Source of the DNA: Candidatus Nomurabacteria bacterium | GTDB taxonomy: Bacteria; Patescibacteriota; Minisyncoccia; Phycocordibacterales; UBA9973 | Length of the DNA stretch: 64,000 nt | NCBI GenBank assembly: GCA_023267215.1 | Contig: JAHFNS010000002.1 | Location: 128,892 to 192,891 of the forward strand | Direction of reading: 5' to 3' | In this document: positions 1 to 11,047 of the stretch, one piece after another | Layout of the letters: every line of letters starts with the position of its first letter | Position numbering within the stretch: position 1 is the first letter of the stretch | Translations under genes and position numbers: made by a program | The notes under the pieces: model-generated | The model's input: only the letters and a program-made list of their open reading frames with translations | Told to the model about the DNA's origin: nothing | The model's database searches: none

Positions 1-59
1 TAATTTTTTGTCCCTAAGCTGGGCTTAGGGGATTCCTTAAGCCCAGCTTAGGGTCTATA

Positions 60-731
60 TTATCCTCTTGATTCTAAAAATTTAACACTTTCTTCAGGAT
101 TTTCTATTAAAAGATACTGATATTTCAAAACATCCAATGGATTCAAATTCTTAACGAAAACTATTTCAAGCTGTGGCAAGTTTCTGAAACTTTTTTCTGT
201 TTTTTCGCTTCGACCACTTAAGGCAACTAAAATTCTAGGCTTTTTTGAAGCTGCAAGTGGTTTAAATCCAGAAGCTTTTGAAAGATTCTTCATGACTTCT
301 ACTGCCTTCTTTGTTTTATTATCGGACATAGAAAGTGAATCAACAAAAAGTATTTCATTATCTTTCAATTTCTTTGAAAGAACAGAGAAAAGGGCTTGCG
401 CGCGCATTTTCTTTGAAATTTTTCTTTTATAATTCTTTTCGGCTAATGGTCCATGTGTGACGCCTCCACCAACCCAAATAGGAGAACGGGTAGATCCATG
501 ACGAGCTCGTCCTGTTCCCTTTTGTTTCCATGGCTTCTTTCCTCCTCCACGTACCTCTCCGCGATCTTTCGTATCTGCAGTTCCGGCACGTTTATTTGAA
601 CGCATCCCTTCAACAACTTGATGCACTAGATCAGCACGCCATTTAGCAGCAAAAACTTTCGCTGGCAATGTTATTTTGCCTGCTTCCGCTCCTTTCTGAT
701 TATAAATTTTTGCTTCTGTTTTTGTTTCCAT
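60..731 (-). CDS. rplD: 50S ribosomal protein L4
   Basis: KPWKQKGTGRARHGS motif; follows rplC. Confidence 0.97.
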   Translation of the reverse strand: METKTEAKIYNQKGAEAGKITLPAKVFAAKWRADLVHQVVEGMRSNKRAGTADTKDRGEVRGGGKKPWKQKGTGRARHGSTRSPIWVGGGVTHGPLAEKNYKRKISKKMRAQALFSVLSKKLKDNEILFVDSLSMSDNKTKKAVEVMKNLSKASGFKPLAASKKPRILVALSGRSEKTEKSFRNLPQLEIVFVKNLNPLDVLKYQYLLIENPEESVKFLESRG

Positions 732-732
732 A

Positions 733-1347
733 TTATCTTGAAATTATTTCAACTAAAGTTCCACGCTTCCCAGCTATCGCTCCTTTCACGAGCATTGTAT
801 TATTTTCTTTATCAATAAATATAACTTTCAAGTTTTTCTGTGTGATACGATCTCCCCCCATTCTTCCTGCCATTCTCATTCCTTTCGGAACGTGAGTACG
901 AAGTCCTCCACCGATAGAACCTGGCTCTCTTTCAGAATGTTTCTGACCGTGTGAACGTGGACCTCCTCCGAAACCATGACGCTTTACGACACCTTGAAAA
1001 CCTTTACCTTTGGAAATACTGGAAACTTGAAGTTTATCTCCTACTACAAAAGTTGAGATATCAATAATGTCACCTTCCTTAGCATCATTCTTATCAGTTG
1101 GTTTTAATTTAAATTCTTTTAATTCTTTATAAAAAGCACCTTTCATTGCTCCACGACTACCCTTTGAAATTCTATGCTCTTTTTGGGTCCCAAAACCTAT
1201 CTGAATAGCATTATATCCATCTTTTGTCTTTTCAAAAACTCTAGTCACCGTCACTGGTTCTGCTTTAACGATAGTCACAGGAAAAACCTGTCCCTCGGGG
1301 GAAAAATATTCTGTCATATTTTCTTTTTTTCCTAATATGAATTTCAT
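733..1347 (-). CDS. rplC: 50S ribosomal protein L3
   Basis: SKGKGFQGVVKRHGF and MAGRMG motifs. Confidence 0.97.
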   Translation of the reverse strand: MKFILGKKENMTEYFSPEGQVFPVTIVKAEPVTVTRVFEKTKDGYNAIQIGFGTQKEHRISKGSRGAMKGAFYKELKEFKLKPTDKNDAKEGDIIDISTFVVGDKLQVSSISKGKGFQGVVKRHGFGGGPRSHGQKHSEREPGSIGGGLRTHVPKGMRMAGRMGGDRITQKNLKVIFIDKENNTMLVKGAIAGKRGTLVEIISR

Positions 1348-1385
1348 TGTTTTTTTACTCCTAAGCTTAACTTAGGGGCTTTACC

Positions 1386-1805
1386 TTACAGCATTCTTAC
1401 GTCAATATCAACTCCCGAAGGAAGAGAAAGATTAGTAAGTGCTTCAACTGTTTTTCCATTTGGATTTATAATGTCAATCAATCTCTTATGTACTCTTATT
1501 TCAAATTGTTCTCGAGTGTTTTTGTAAATAAAAGATGCACGGTTAACTGTATATTTTTTAATTTCTGTTGGTAATGGAATTGGTCCAATAATAATTGCGT
1601 CATAACGCATGGCTGTATCTATAATTTGTTTAACTGACGCATCCAATATCTTGCTCTCGTAAGCACGAACTCTGATACGTAAAACCACTTTTCCCTCTTC
1701 TTTTTTTGCTCCAATTGTAGAGCGAACTTTTTTAGGAGAAGTTTTTCTAGGCTTTTTCTCAATTAAAACTTTTGGTTTTTTTATTTTTAATTCTTTGGTT
1801 GCCAT
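1386..1805 (-). CDS. rpsJ: 30S ribosomal protein S10 with Lys-rich N-terminal extension
   Basis: GPIPLPT and REQFEIRVHKRLIDI motifs. Confidence 0.95.
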   Translation of the reverse strand: MATKELKIKKPKVLIEKKPRKTSPKKVRSTIGAKKEEGKVVLRIRVRAYESKILDASVKQIIDTAMRYDAIIIGPIPLPTEIKKYTVNRASFIYKNTREQFEIRVHKRLIDIINPNGKTVEALTNLSLPSGVDIDVRML

Positions 1806-1811
1806 GGCATA

Positions 1812-3005
1812 TTAACCCAATATTTTTGTGACCACTCCTGCACCTACTGTTTTACCTCCTTCGCGAATAGCAAATCTCTGCGCTTCTTCAAGGGCAACTG
1901 GAGTAACTAATTTAACTGTGATCTTTACTGTATCTCCAGGCATAACCATTTCTACTCCTTCAGCGAGAGTTACATCTCCAGTAACATCTGTCGTACGAAT
2001 ATAGAATTGAGGTTTGTAACCTTTAAAGAATGGGGTGTGACGTCCACCTTCCTCTTTTTTCAAAACATAAATCTCACAAGTAAAATTATCATGTGGAGTA
2101 ACTGTACCTGGCTTTGCAAGGACCTGTCCACGAGTAATATCTTCTTTCTTTAATCCACGAAGCAATACTCCGGCATTGTCTCCAGCCATACCTTCTTGTA
2201 AGTTTTTGTTAAACATTTCAATACCAGTAACGGTTGTTTTTTGAGTAGGTTTAATTCCAACAATTTCTACTTCCTCACCAACCTTTACTACTCCTCTTTC
2301 TATTTTACCAGTAACAACTGTTCCACGGCCTTCGATTGAAAATATATCTTCAACAGGCATAAGGAAAGGTTTGGTAACATCTCTTACTGGAATAGGAATA
2401 TAAGTATCAAGAGCATCGGTTAATTCAAGAATTTTCTTTGCCCATTCATCGTTCAAATCTTTTGCTTCAAGAGCTTTCAAGGCAGAACCTCGAATGATAG
2501 GTGCATTTACACCATCAAAGCCTTGTTTAGTTAGAAGTTCACGAATTTCTTCTTCCACTAAATCAAGCATATCTTTATCATCAACCATATCGCATTTGTT
2601 TAAGAAAACGATCATTTTTGGAACACCAACTTGTTTTGCAAGAAGAACGTGTTCACGGGTTTGTGGCATAGCACCATCTGTAGCGGCAACCACCAAAATA
2701 GCACCGTCCATCTGAGCGGCACCTGTAATCATGTTTTTAATGTAGTCAGCGTGACCTGGAGCATCAATGTGCGCATAGTGACGAGCGTCAGTAGCATATT
2801 CATTGTGTGAAATGTTAATAGTGATTCCACGAGCTTTTTCTTCTGGGGCATTGTCGATTTGGTCAACACCACGAAGTCTGACTGTTTTACCAGCCATATT
2901 AAGCACATGCAAAATTGCCGCAGTTAAGGTTGTCTTACCATGGTCAACGTGACCAATGGTGCCGACGTTAATATGCGGTTTATCTCTTTTAAATTCTTCT
3001 GCCAT
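1812..3005 (-). CDS. tuf: Elongation factor Tu
   Basis: [28 protein letters not shown] motifs. Confidence 0.99.
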   Translation of the reverse strand: MAEEFKRDKPHINVGTIGHVDHGKTTLTAAILHVLNMAGKTVRLRGVDQIDNAPEEKARGITINISHNEYATDARHYAHIDAPGHADYIKNMITGAAQMDGAILVVAATDGAMPQTREHVLLAKQVGVPKMIVFLNKCDMVDDKDMLDLVEEEIRELLTKQGFDGVNAPIIRGSALKALEAKDLNDEWAKKILELTDALDTYIPIPVRDVTKPFLMPVEDIFSIEGRGTVVTGKIERGVVKVGEEVEIVGIKPTQKTTVTGIEMFNKNLQEGMAGDNAGVLLRGLKKEDITRGQVLAKPGTVTPHDNFTCEIYVLKKEEGGRHTPFFKGYKPQFYIRTTDVTGDVTLAEGVEMVMPGDTVKITVKLVTPVALEEAQRFAIREGGKTVGAGVVTKILG

Positions 3006-3190
3006 AATATTTTTTTAATAATGAGAACTCAGTGTACGAGAACCAGTCACTAAGGCCTTATTACTAACTTGTCCGCCTCTGGCGGGCTTAATTAAACTAA
3101 TAATTTTAATGCTTTTATAAAAAAACCAACAGAAAAACTGCAAAAGTGCAGTTGTTAGTATAGTAGCAAATTGATAAAAAATGTCAAATC

Positions 3191-4000
3191 TTATGACAGT
3201 GCCCTATATTTTTTAATTTCTTCAAAAAGTTTTCTAGCTTCCTCTTTTGGATTATCTGCAAAAATGATACCCCTAGAAGAATTTATTATTAATCCTAATC
3301 CTTCTTTATTTAATCCTGATTCAATGACTGATTTAACATCCCCTCCTTGTGCCCCTATCCCCGGAACAAGGAAAGTCATATCAGGGACGAATGAGCGAAT
3401 CTTTTTCATTTCTTCTGGATAAGTCGCCCCAACCACTAACATACAATTATTATTTTTATTCCAAATATTTGAAACTTTTTCCGCCACAATTTGCCAAAGT
3501 TTTTTATCTTCAATTTCTAAATCTTGGAATTCTCCTGCTCCAGAATTTGAGGTCCTACAGAGAATTATAGAAGTTTTATCTTTTCTATCTAAAAAAGGTT
3601 TCAGAGCTTCCTCCCCTAAATACGGATGCAAAGTTATCGCATCAAAATTTAACCAATCAAAAGCCATATACACATAGCCATTATTAGTATTACCAATGTC
3701 CGCACGTTTCGCATCTAGGATAGTAAAAATATCTGGATATTTTTGTTGTAAATATTCCATAGTCATTTTTAACTCTTTTAGGCCTTGGTCTCCTCTAGCT
3801 TCGTAAAAAGCAATATTTGGTTTATAAGCAGCCACATATTCATTTGTTTCTTCTATAATATATTTATTAAATTCAAATTGTGGAAATTCTAATTTTAAAA
3901 ATCTTTCAGGAATTTTAGAAAAATCTGCGTCTAAACCTACGCATAAAAGTGAATTAATTTTCTTTGCTCTTTCGTTGTATTTTTCTAAACTATTCATCAT
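3191..4000 (-). CDS. pyrF: Orotidine-5'-phosphate decarboxylase
   Basis: LCVGLD, DAKRADIGNT, PGIGAQGG, NSSRGI motifs. Confidence 0.95.
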   Translation of the reverse strand: MMNSLEKYNERAKKINSLLCVGLDADFSKIPERFLKLEFPQFEFNKYIIEETNEYVAAYKPNIAFYEARGDQGLKELKMTMEYLQQKYPDIFTILDAKRADIGNTNNGYVYMAFDWLNFDAITLHPYLGEEALKPFLDRKDKTSIILCRTSNSGAGEFQDLEIEDKKLWQIVAEKVSNIWNKNNNCMLVVGATYPEEMKKIRSFVPDMTFLVPGIGAQGGDVKSVIESGLNKEGLGLIINSSRGIIFADNPKEEARKLFEEIKKYRALS

Positions 4001-4004
4001 AAAT

Positions 4005-4676
4005 TTACCTCACCCCTTTGCCCCTCTCCTTATTAAGGAGAGGGGTTGGGGAGAGGTTCTTCTCTATTAAATACTTTTTTCCATGACCAACAGTAATATT
4101 TATCGGCACACCTGCTTTACACAAAGGACAATCCTCGGCAGAATATGTCGGTATGTAAAGATCAGAAAGTGCCCCAAAAGGCACTTTAAAAATATCTATA
4201 TCCAAATCTTTATTTTTATTTACCAAAGCACAAGCTCCAATAATGTTTCCACCAGCATTTTTTACCGCTTCTATAACTTTCAAAACAGACCCACCAGTAG
4301 TGACAATATCTTCAACTATCAAAATATTTTTATTATCTTCTACATATTTTTCATATCCACGAGTAAAAATTTGTTTACCCTCAAGACTTTTTTCAGTATA
4401 TATTCCTAAAACTTCCTTACCATACATTTCACTTAAATGCCCTGCGACATATTGAGAAAGAATAATTCCACCCAAAGCAGGACCCACAACCACTTCAATA
4501 TTTTTATCTTTATATTTTTCTGCTAATATTTTACATATTTCAGAAGTTTCTTTTGTATGTGGATATAAAAAATCTTTATTTACATAAGTGTCAAAATGTA
4601 ATCCTGAAGTACCCACAAAATGCCCCTTCGGTAATATCGCTCCAACTTTATTTAAAATATCAAGAATTTCATTCAT
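4005..4676 (-). CDS. pyrE: Orotate phosphoribosyltransferase; C-terminus derived from a palindromic repeat
   Basis: PRPP-binding motif IVEDIVTTGGS; pyr operon context. Confidence 0.9.
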   Translation of the reverse strand: MNEILDILNKVGAILPKGHFVGTSGLHFDTYVNKDFLYPHTKETSEICKILAEKYKDKNIEVVVGPALGGIILSQYVAGHLSEMYGKEVLGIYTEKSLEGKQIFTRGYEKYVEDNKNILIVEDIVTTGGSVLKVIEAVKNAGGNIIGACALVNKNKDLDIDIFKVPFGALSDLYIPTYSAEDCPLCKAGVPINITVGHGKKYLIEKNLSPTPLLNKERGKGVR

Positions 4677-4680
4677 AATT

Positions 4681-5766
4681 TTATATTAACTTTTCTTTTA
4701 TCTCTCTTGCAAGATATGGGTTCCACATTGCCCCCGTAGCAGACATTACGAAATCTGCTCCTGCTTTTCTGTATTCAAAAAAATCTTCTGGTGTCATCAC
4801 TCCTCCAACACCAATAATTGTAAAATTAAATCCAAATTCTTTTCTTAATTCCTTTAACCTTTTCACCATATAAAGTCCTGCCCATTTTATCGCATGTCCA
4901 CAGATTCCACTACGAAGTCTCCCCTTACCGGGTAATGCTTGGTTCCCATTTTCATCTACAACTTCTGCAGCAATGGTATTAATAGCAGATATTCCCTGCA
5001 CAATATTACCAATCTTTTTCACAAAATTCTTTAATTCCTCAATGTCAGCAAAATATCCAATTTTTATAATTAATGGAATATTTCCAATCACTTCCTTAAT
5101 AGCTTGTGCTACTAATACTGAACGATCAGTATCATAACAAAGTAAATTATTTGTACCTTCATTGGGACAACTTAAATTTACTTCCATCACTTGCACACCT
5201 GTATCTTTTAAAAACTTGGCAGTGATACGATAATCATTAATATATTCTTCTACACTCTGTCCATTTTTCTTGGTCCCTTGAAATGCACCAACTACAATTT
5301 GTCCTGATTTCGCATATTTTATTACTTCTATTAAATCTTTCTGCCAAAAAGTTGGTTCAAAAGAAGGAACTCCAAATGAATTAGTTATAGAGAAAGGTTC
5401 CTGATAATCCCTATTCGCAACTAATTTACTTTGTGCTTTTTCTATTGTTAAATCCCCATTAATTTTTACTGATAAAATATTGGGCCATAAGTGACAAGGA
5501 TATTTCTCACTTCTAACAGTTTTATAAGTAACAATATCAAAACCCTTATCAAGTGCTGCTTTTACAAAATTACCATTAATAAGCGGACCAGCTGGAATAC
5601 CAAAGGGTGAATTTATTTTAAAACCTAAAAAATCATAAAGACGGGAAGGGCTCTCCTTCCCATTCTGGGAAGAAAAGTCCTTCCCGTCAGCAAATGCACC
5701 AAAAGGTCCATTTTTTAAATTTTCTTCATAAGATTTTTCTGGATCATAAAATGGAGTGTAAAGCAT
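4681..5766 (-). CDS. pyrD: Dihydroorotate dehydrogenase (class 1-like)
   Basis: EVNLSCPN and IIGVGGV motifs; operon context. Confidence 0.8.
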   Translation of the reverse strand: MLYTPFYDPEKSYEENLKNGPFGAFADGKDFSSQNGKESPSRLYDFLGFKINSPFGIPAGPLINGNFVKAALDKGFDIVTYKTVRSEKYPCHLWPNILSVKINGDLTIEKAQSKLVANRDYQEPFSITNSFGVPSFEPTFWQKDLIEVIKYAKSGQIVVGAFQGTKKNGQSVEEYINDYRITAKFLKDTGVQVMEVNLSCPNEGTNNLLCYDTDRSVLVAQAIKEVIGNIPLIIKIGYFADIEELKNFVKKIGNIVQGISAINTIAAEVVDENGNQALPGKGRLRSGICGHAIKWAGLYMVKRLKELRKEFGFNFTIIGVGGVMTPEDFFEYRKAGADFVMSATGAMWNPYLAREIKEKLI

Positions 5767-5780
5767 ATTATTATATTTAA

Positions 5781-6698
5781 TTATACCTCAAAAAGATATT
5801 GAAATAATGCCATACGAACATAAAGACCGTTCTCTGCTTGACGAAAATAAGCCGCACGCGAATCTTGGTCTATCTCTTGCTCAATCTCATTTACTCTAGG
5901 CAGGGCATGCATGATGATGGCTTCTTTTTTTAATTTTTCTAAATGTTTCATTTTGAGCAAAAAAGTATCTTTGACTTTTTCATAATCTTTCATATTAACA
6001 AAACGTTCTTTTTGCACACGTGTCATATATAGAACGTCAACTTTAGACAAAACTTCTTCCAAGTTTTTTATTTTTTTGAAAGAAATATTTTTTTTCTTAA
6101 AATAATCAATGTATTCTTTAGGTAATTCTAATTCTTTTGGTGAAACAAAATAAAAAGTATTTTTAGAATATAAATTCAATAGAGGGATAAGAGAATGAAG
6201 TGGTCGGCTATTTAATAAATCTCCGACAAAAGCAAAAGATAAATTGTTAAGTCGCCCATGTTCTTTTTTTATAGTATAAAGATCAAGCAAAGCCTGTGAA
6301 GGGTGTTGATTGTTTCCATCACCAGCATTTATAATCGGCTTACTTGAAACTTTAGCCGCAGCCTCTGCTGTACCCGTTTTGGAATGGCGCATTACTATCA
6401 GGTCCGCATAGGAACAAAGCATTCGTGTCGTATCTTCTATAGATTCTCCTTTATAAGCTGAGGAATTGCTTGTTGCATTCTCTACTGAAATGACACTGGC
6501 TCCCAATTTTAACGCCGCTGTTTCAAAAGACAAACGTGTTCTAGTGGAAGGTTCAAAAAAAACACAAGCAACCACTTTATCTTTTAAAACTTTTTGTACT
6601 TTTCCAGTCTTACATTCTTTCTCCATTTTTTCTGCATTTTTCAAAATTCTTTCAACATCTATCTTCGATAATTGTTTCGTATTTAAAATATGATGCAT
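5781..6698 (-). CDS. pyrB: Aspartate carbamoyltransferase catalytic subunit
   Basis: FFEPSTRTRLSF, HPSQ, MHALPR motifs. Confidence 0.96.
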   Translation of the reverse strand: MHHILNTKQLSKIDVERILKNAEKMEKECKTGKVQKVLKDKVVACVFFEPSTRTRLSFETAALKLGASVISVENATSNSSAYKGESIEDTTRMLCSYADLIVMRHSKTGTAEAAAKVSSKPIINAGDGNNQHPSQALLDLYTIKKEHGRLNNLSFAFVGDLLNSRPLHSLIPLLNLYSKNTFYFVSPKELELPKEYIDYFKKKNISFKKIKNLEEVLSKVDVLYMTRVQKERFVNMKDYEKVKDTFLLKMKHLEKLKKEAIIMHALPRVNEIEQEIDQDSRAAYFRQAENGLYVRMALFQYLFEV

Positions 6699-6713
6699 AA
6701 GTTTATTTTTATA

Positions 6714-9700
6714 TTAATTTTGTAAATATTCTTTATACGACTTAATTTCCAAATCTGAAATCTTGTAATGCCCAAGAGCTTTGATAAAAGCCCTAGCTAA
6801 ATGCAAATCAGTAAATAATGGAATCTGATTATCTACTGTGGCTCTCCTTATACGGAATCCATCTGTAATACTATTTAATTTAATCTTACTCTCCAATTTG
6901 TTTTTACTCAAATTCACCACAAAGGCTACCTTCTTACTTATGATAATATCAAGAGCATTTGGGGATTGCTCAAAAGCTTTCCGCACAACCATGCAATCTA
7001 TATTGTGACTTTTTAAAAATTCTGCAGTTGTATCAGTAGCAAAAATTTTATAACCAATATTTATTAATGTATTAACCGCTTCTAAAAATTTAGCTTTATT
7101 GAGACTTCCCCCTAAAGAAAGAAGGACAGTTTTTTTATCAACATCAAACTTATTAGTACTAAAAATTGATTTTAATAACGCTTCATCATAATCTTTACCG
7201 AAACAAGCCACTTCCCCAGTAGAAGACATTTCTACTCTTAACACTGGATCAGCACCAAGCAATCGAGCAAAAGAAAATTGTGGTGATTTCACAATTACAT
7301 TTTTGGGATATATAAATTTATGTGCCAAAGCTTTGCCAAAAAAAGCATCTACTGCTATTTCAGGAAAATTCGCATCCATCGCTTTGGATAAAAGTGGAAA
7401 AGTACGGCTAGCACGCAAATTGACCTCAATAACAGATGGTCGATTGTCTTTAACTAAAAATTGAATATTAAATGGCCCGGTAATATTAAGTTCTTTAGCA
7501 ATTTTTTGAGAAATTTCTCGTAACTGAAATTCTGTAGAAGCATAAACTCTCTGGGTCGGATACACAATAGTAGCATCACCAGAATGGACACCAGCATTCT
7601 CTACATGTTCGGAAATACCATAAATCATAATCTGACCTCCTTGTGCTACTGCATCAAATTCAAGTTCTTTGGCATTTTCTATGTATTGTGAAATAGTAAT
7701 AGGATATTCCCCACTTAATACTACGGCTTTACTTACAAAATTCCGCAATTCATTTTTGTTATAACATACACTCATTGCAGAACCAGAGAGAACATACGAT
7801 GGACGTACTAAAACTGGGAAACCTTCAATCTCTATAAATTTCAAAGCTTTTTGCATGTTAGTGAAACTCTGCCATTTAGGTTGTGTAATGTTTAATTTAT
7901 CTAAAAGAGCAGAAAATAAATTTCGATCTTCGGCTCGATCAATATCAGAAGCACTGGTACCTAAAATGTGAAATCCCTCGGTAGAAAGTTTCTTAGCTAG
8001 ATTATTAGGACGTTGACCACCGACAGATATTATAAGTCCATACGCACATTCGAATTCAAAAATATCAGCTACGGTTTCAAAAGACAAATTCTCAAAATAA
8101 AGACGATCTGACATATCATAATCAGTAGAAACAGTTTCTGGGTTACAATTTATAATAATAGACTTTTTTTTGTGTCTTTTAAGCGCCATAGCCGTATAAA
8201 CACAAGACCAGTCAAATTCAACACTTGAACCAATATGATAGGGGCCACTACCAAGTACTGCAATCGCTTTATCTCCTAGTGGTAATACATCGTTATGATT
8301 ACCATGATATGTCAGATACAAATAATTCGTCTTGGAAGGCACTTCCCCAGCAAGAGTATCAATAGCAAATATGCTTGGTTTAATACCAAAACTTTTTCTT
8401 AATTTACGAATTTGAAATTCTGTCTTTCCACAGAGTATGCCAATTTTCTTATCAGAAAAACCAGTCTGTTTTAATTCAAGCATTTCTTCTTTTTTTATTT
8501 CTTTTTTTTGTTTATGAGTCTTTAACAATTCTTTTTCTACTCGTACAATATTCTCTAATCTAGACAAAAACCAAGGGTTTACACCTGTTATGTTGTAGAG
8601 ATTTTTTACTGTCATCCCCTTCATTAATCCAGCTGTCAAAGCAAAAAGACGTTTTGGTGTAGGAATAGTTAAAAATTTTTTTAATTCTTTTTCATCTTTA
8701 AATCCATTATCAGTCACACCTTCTATGAGACCTGATTGCATGCGTACTGCTTTCTGTAAAGCTTCTTCAAAACTCCTACCAATAGCCATAACTTCCCCCA
8801 CTGATTTCATAGCACTAGTGATTTGTTCTTCTGCGCCTTTAAATTTTTCCAAATCCCATCTCGGCATTTTAATAGCTACATAATCAAGGGCAGGTTCAAA
8901 AAAACTTTGCGTTACTTTTGTAATTTTATTTTTTATTTCAATTAAACTTTTACCCAAAGCAAGTTTAGCTGCCACATAAGCAAGCGGATAACCAGTCGCT
9001 TTCGATGCAAGTGCACTAGAACGAGAAAGACGTGCGTTAACTTCAATAACAAAATAATCTACTTTCCCATCCACAGTAGAAGCAGATGGATTAAGAGCAA
9101 ATTGTACGTTACATTCGCCAACTATCTTGAGACTTTGCACAATTTTTATACTTGCTTCTCTTAAACTATAATACTCTCGATTTGATAATGTTTGACTAGG
9201 TGCAATAACTATAGAATCACCTGTATGAATACCCAATGGGTCAAAATTTTCCATATTACATACGGTTACTATATTATTAAATTCATCTCTAACGACTTCA
9301 TATTCTATTTCTTTAAAGAAATGCAAATATTTTTCTATTAGGACTTGTGGACTTATCGCAAGAGCTCCCTCAACAATTTCTTCCAATTCTTTTTCATTTG
9401 TAGCTACTCCAGATTTCTGTCCACCCAAGGCAAAAGCTGCACGAATCATAAGTGGAAAACCTATTTCTTTTGCAATTTTTTGTGCTCCTTTTAGATTAAC
9501 AGCTGAACCGGAAGGTGGAATGGGAATATCAATACTTTTTAAATGATCAGCAAAAAGTTGCCGATCTTCTGTGAGTTTAATAGATTCTGTGGAAGTTCCT
9601 AAAACTTTTATATTATATTTCTTAAATACACCTTTTGCTTCTAAGTTCAAACCGCAATTGAGTGCAGTCTGTCCACCAAATGAAAGCATAATACCATCTG

Positions 9701-9944
9701 GTTTTTCTTTGGCTATAACTTTTTCCACAAAGTAATCATTAATCGGCAAGAAATAAACTTCATCTGCTAAAGATTTTGATGTCTGAAAAGTGGCAATATT
9801 TGGATTTACTAAAATAACTTTTATTTTTTCTTCCTTCAAGGCTTTTATCGCCTGACTACCGCTATAATCAAATTCACCTGCTTCACCTATTTTTAACGCG
9901 CCAGATCCCAACACTAATATTTTTTTAAATTTTTTCTTATTCAT
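6714..9944 (-). CDS. carB: Carbamoyl-phosphate synthase large subunit
   Basis: IGEAGEFDYSG; duplicated ATP-grasp domains; 1076 aa. Confidence 0.97.
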   Translation of the reverse strand: MNKKKFKKILVLGSGALKIGEAGEFDYSGSQAIKALKEEKIKVILVNPNIATFQTSKSLADEVYFLPINDYFVEKVIAKEKPDGIMLSFGGQTALNCGLNLEAKGVFKKYNIKVLGTSTESIKLTEDRQLFADHLKSIDIPIPPSGSAVNLKGAQKIAKEIGFPLMIRAAFALGGQKSGVATNEKELEEIVEGALAISPQVLIEKYLHFFKEIEYEVVRDEFNNIVTVCNMENFDPLGIHTGDSIVIAPSQTLSNREYYSLREASIKIVQSLKIVGECNVQFALNPSASTVDGKVDYFVIEVNARLSRSSALASKATGYPLAYVAAKLALGKSLIEIKNKITKVTQSFFEPALDYVAIKMPRWDLEKFKGAEEQITSAMKSVGEVMAIGRSFEEALQKAVRMQSGLIEGVTDNGFKDEKELKKFLTIPTPKRLFALTAGLMKGMTVKNLYNITGVNPWFLSRLENIVRVEKELLKTHKQKKEIKKEEMLELKQTGFSDKKIGILCGKTEFQIRKLRKSFGIKPSIFAIDTLAGEVPSKTNYLYLTYHGNHNDVLPLGDKAIAVLGSGPYHIGSSVEFDWSCVYTAMALKRHKKKSIIINCNPETVSTDYDMSDRLYFENLSFETVADIFEFECAYGLIISVGGQRPNNLAKKLSTEGFHILGTSASDIDRAEDRNLFSALLDKLNITQPKWQSFTNMQKALKFIEIEGFPVLVRPSYVLSGSAMSVCYNKNELRNFVSKAVVLSGEYPITISQYIENAKELEFDAVAQGGQIMIYGISEHVENAGVHSGDATIVYPTQRVYASTEFQLREISQKIAKELNITGPFNIQFLVKDNRPSVIEVNLRASRTFPLLSKAMDANFPEIAVDAFFGKALAHKFIYPKNVIVKSPQFSFARLLGADPVLRVEMSSTGEVACFGKDYDEALLKSIFSTNKFDVDKKTVLLSLGGSLNKAKFLEAVNTLINIGYKIFATDTTAEFLKSHNIDCMVVRKAFEQSPNALDIIISKKVAFVVNLSKNKLESKIKLNSITDGFRIRRATVDNQIPLFTDLHLARAFIKALGHYKISDLEIKSYKEYLQN

Positions 9945-11047
9945 TTTATTTTATCCTTTTTATTTATTAAACCAGCTTTTTCTAAAAAGAAATCAAATAT
10001 CCAATCAGTATCAAGTGGCCCTGGAGAACTTTCTGGGTGGAACTGTACAGACATAAAAGGCAATTTTTTATGAATAATCCCTTCATTGGTATTATCGTTA
10101 GCATTATAAAACCATTCTCTAAATCCAGTCGGTATCTTTTTGACAGAAAATCCGTGATTCTGCGTTGTAAGATAACATCGTTTTGTATCATTTTGTACAC
10201 AAGGTTGATTTTGACTACGATGCCCAAATTTAAGTTTGTAAGTAGTACCACCAGAAGCAAGAGCTAAAATTTGATTCCCCAAACAAATACCTAAAATAGG
10301 AATTTTTTGTTTAATAATTTTTTTAACATTTTTTATTGTTGCTTTCGCTTTCATTGGGTCCCCTGGACCATTGGAAATTACCACACCCCTAAATGGAAAA
10401 TCAAGTTTTGTGACATCTGTATCCCAGGGAACTACAACGATTTTAAATCCTCGAGCAACCATCCTCCTCAATATATTAAATTTCATTCCACAGTCTATAA
10501 CTACAATCGTCTCTCTCCCGATACCAAATTCTTTTATTTTTTTTGTAGAAACTTCAGCTGGTAAATTTCTCAAATTTGGATCTACAAAGGAAATTTTTTC
10601 ATTGTTTTTTTTCTGATCAAATTGAATCTTGCCTAACATTACTCCCTCTGTTCTTAATTTTTGAGTAAGTCTTCTGGTATCTTTTATTTCCAATGCTGGG
10701 ATATTTTGTTCTTTCAACCAAGCTCCAAGAGACATTTGAGATGCATGGTGAAACGGTGTATCAATATAATTACAAACTATTAATCCTGATATTTGTATTT
10801 TTTCAGATTCCCATAATTCCTTTCTGGGCACACCATAATTACCAACTAGAGGATATGTTAAAACCAAAATTTGACCTCTAAAAGATGGGTCTGTTAAAGC
10901 TTCTGGGTAACCTACCATACCGGTTGCAAAAACTACTTCACCAGAAATAGATTTTAGAGAAGAAATATTAGCACCAAAACTTTTACCTTCATAGGAACTT
11001 CCGTCTTTTAATATCAATTTAACTTTTTTATTATTTTTACTTCTCAT
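9941..11047 (-). CDS. carA: Carbamoyl-phosphate synthase small subunit
   Basis: SNGPGDP, GICLG, QFHPE glutaminase motifs. Confidence 0.96.
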   Translation of the reverse strand: MRSKNNKKVKLILKDGSSYEGKSFGANISSLKSISGEVVFATGMVGYPEALTDPSFRGQILVLTYPLVGNYGVPRKELWESEKIQISGLIVCNYIDTPFHHASQMSLGAWLKEQNIPALEIKDTRRLTQKLRTEGVMLGKIQFDQKKNNEKISFVDPNLRNLPAEVSTKKIKEFGIGRETIVVIDCGMKFNILRRMVARGFKIVVVPWDTDVTKLDFPFRGVVISNGPGDPMKAKATIKNVKKIIKQKIPILGICLGNQILALASGGTTYKLKFGHRSQNQPCVQNDTKRCYLTTQNHGFSVKKIPTGFREWFYNANDNTNEGIIHKKLPFMSVQFHPESSPGPLDTDWIFDFFLEKAGLINKKDKIK

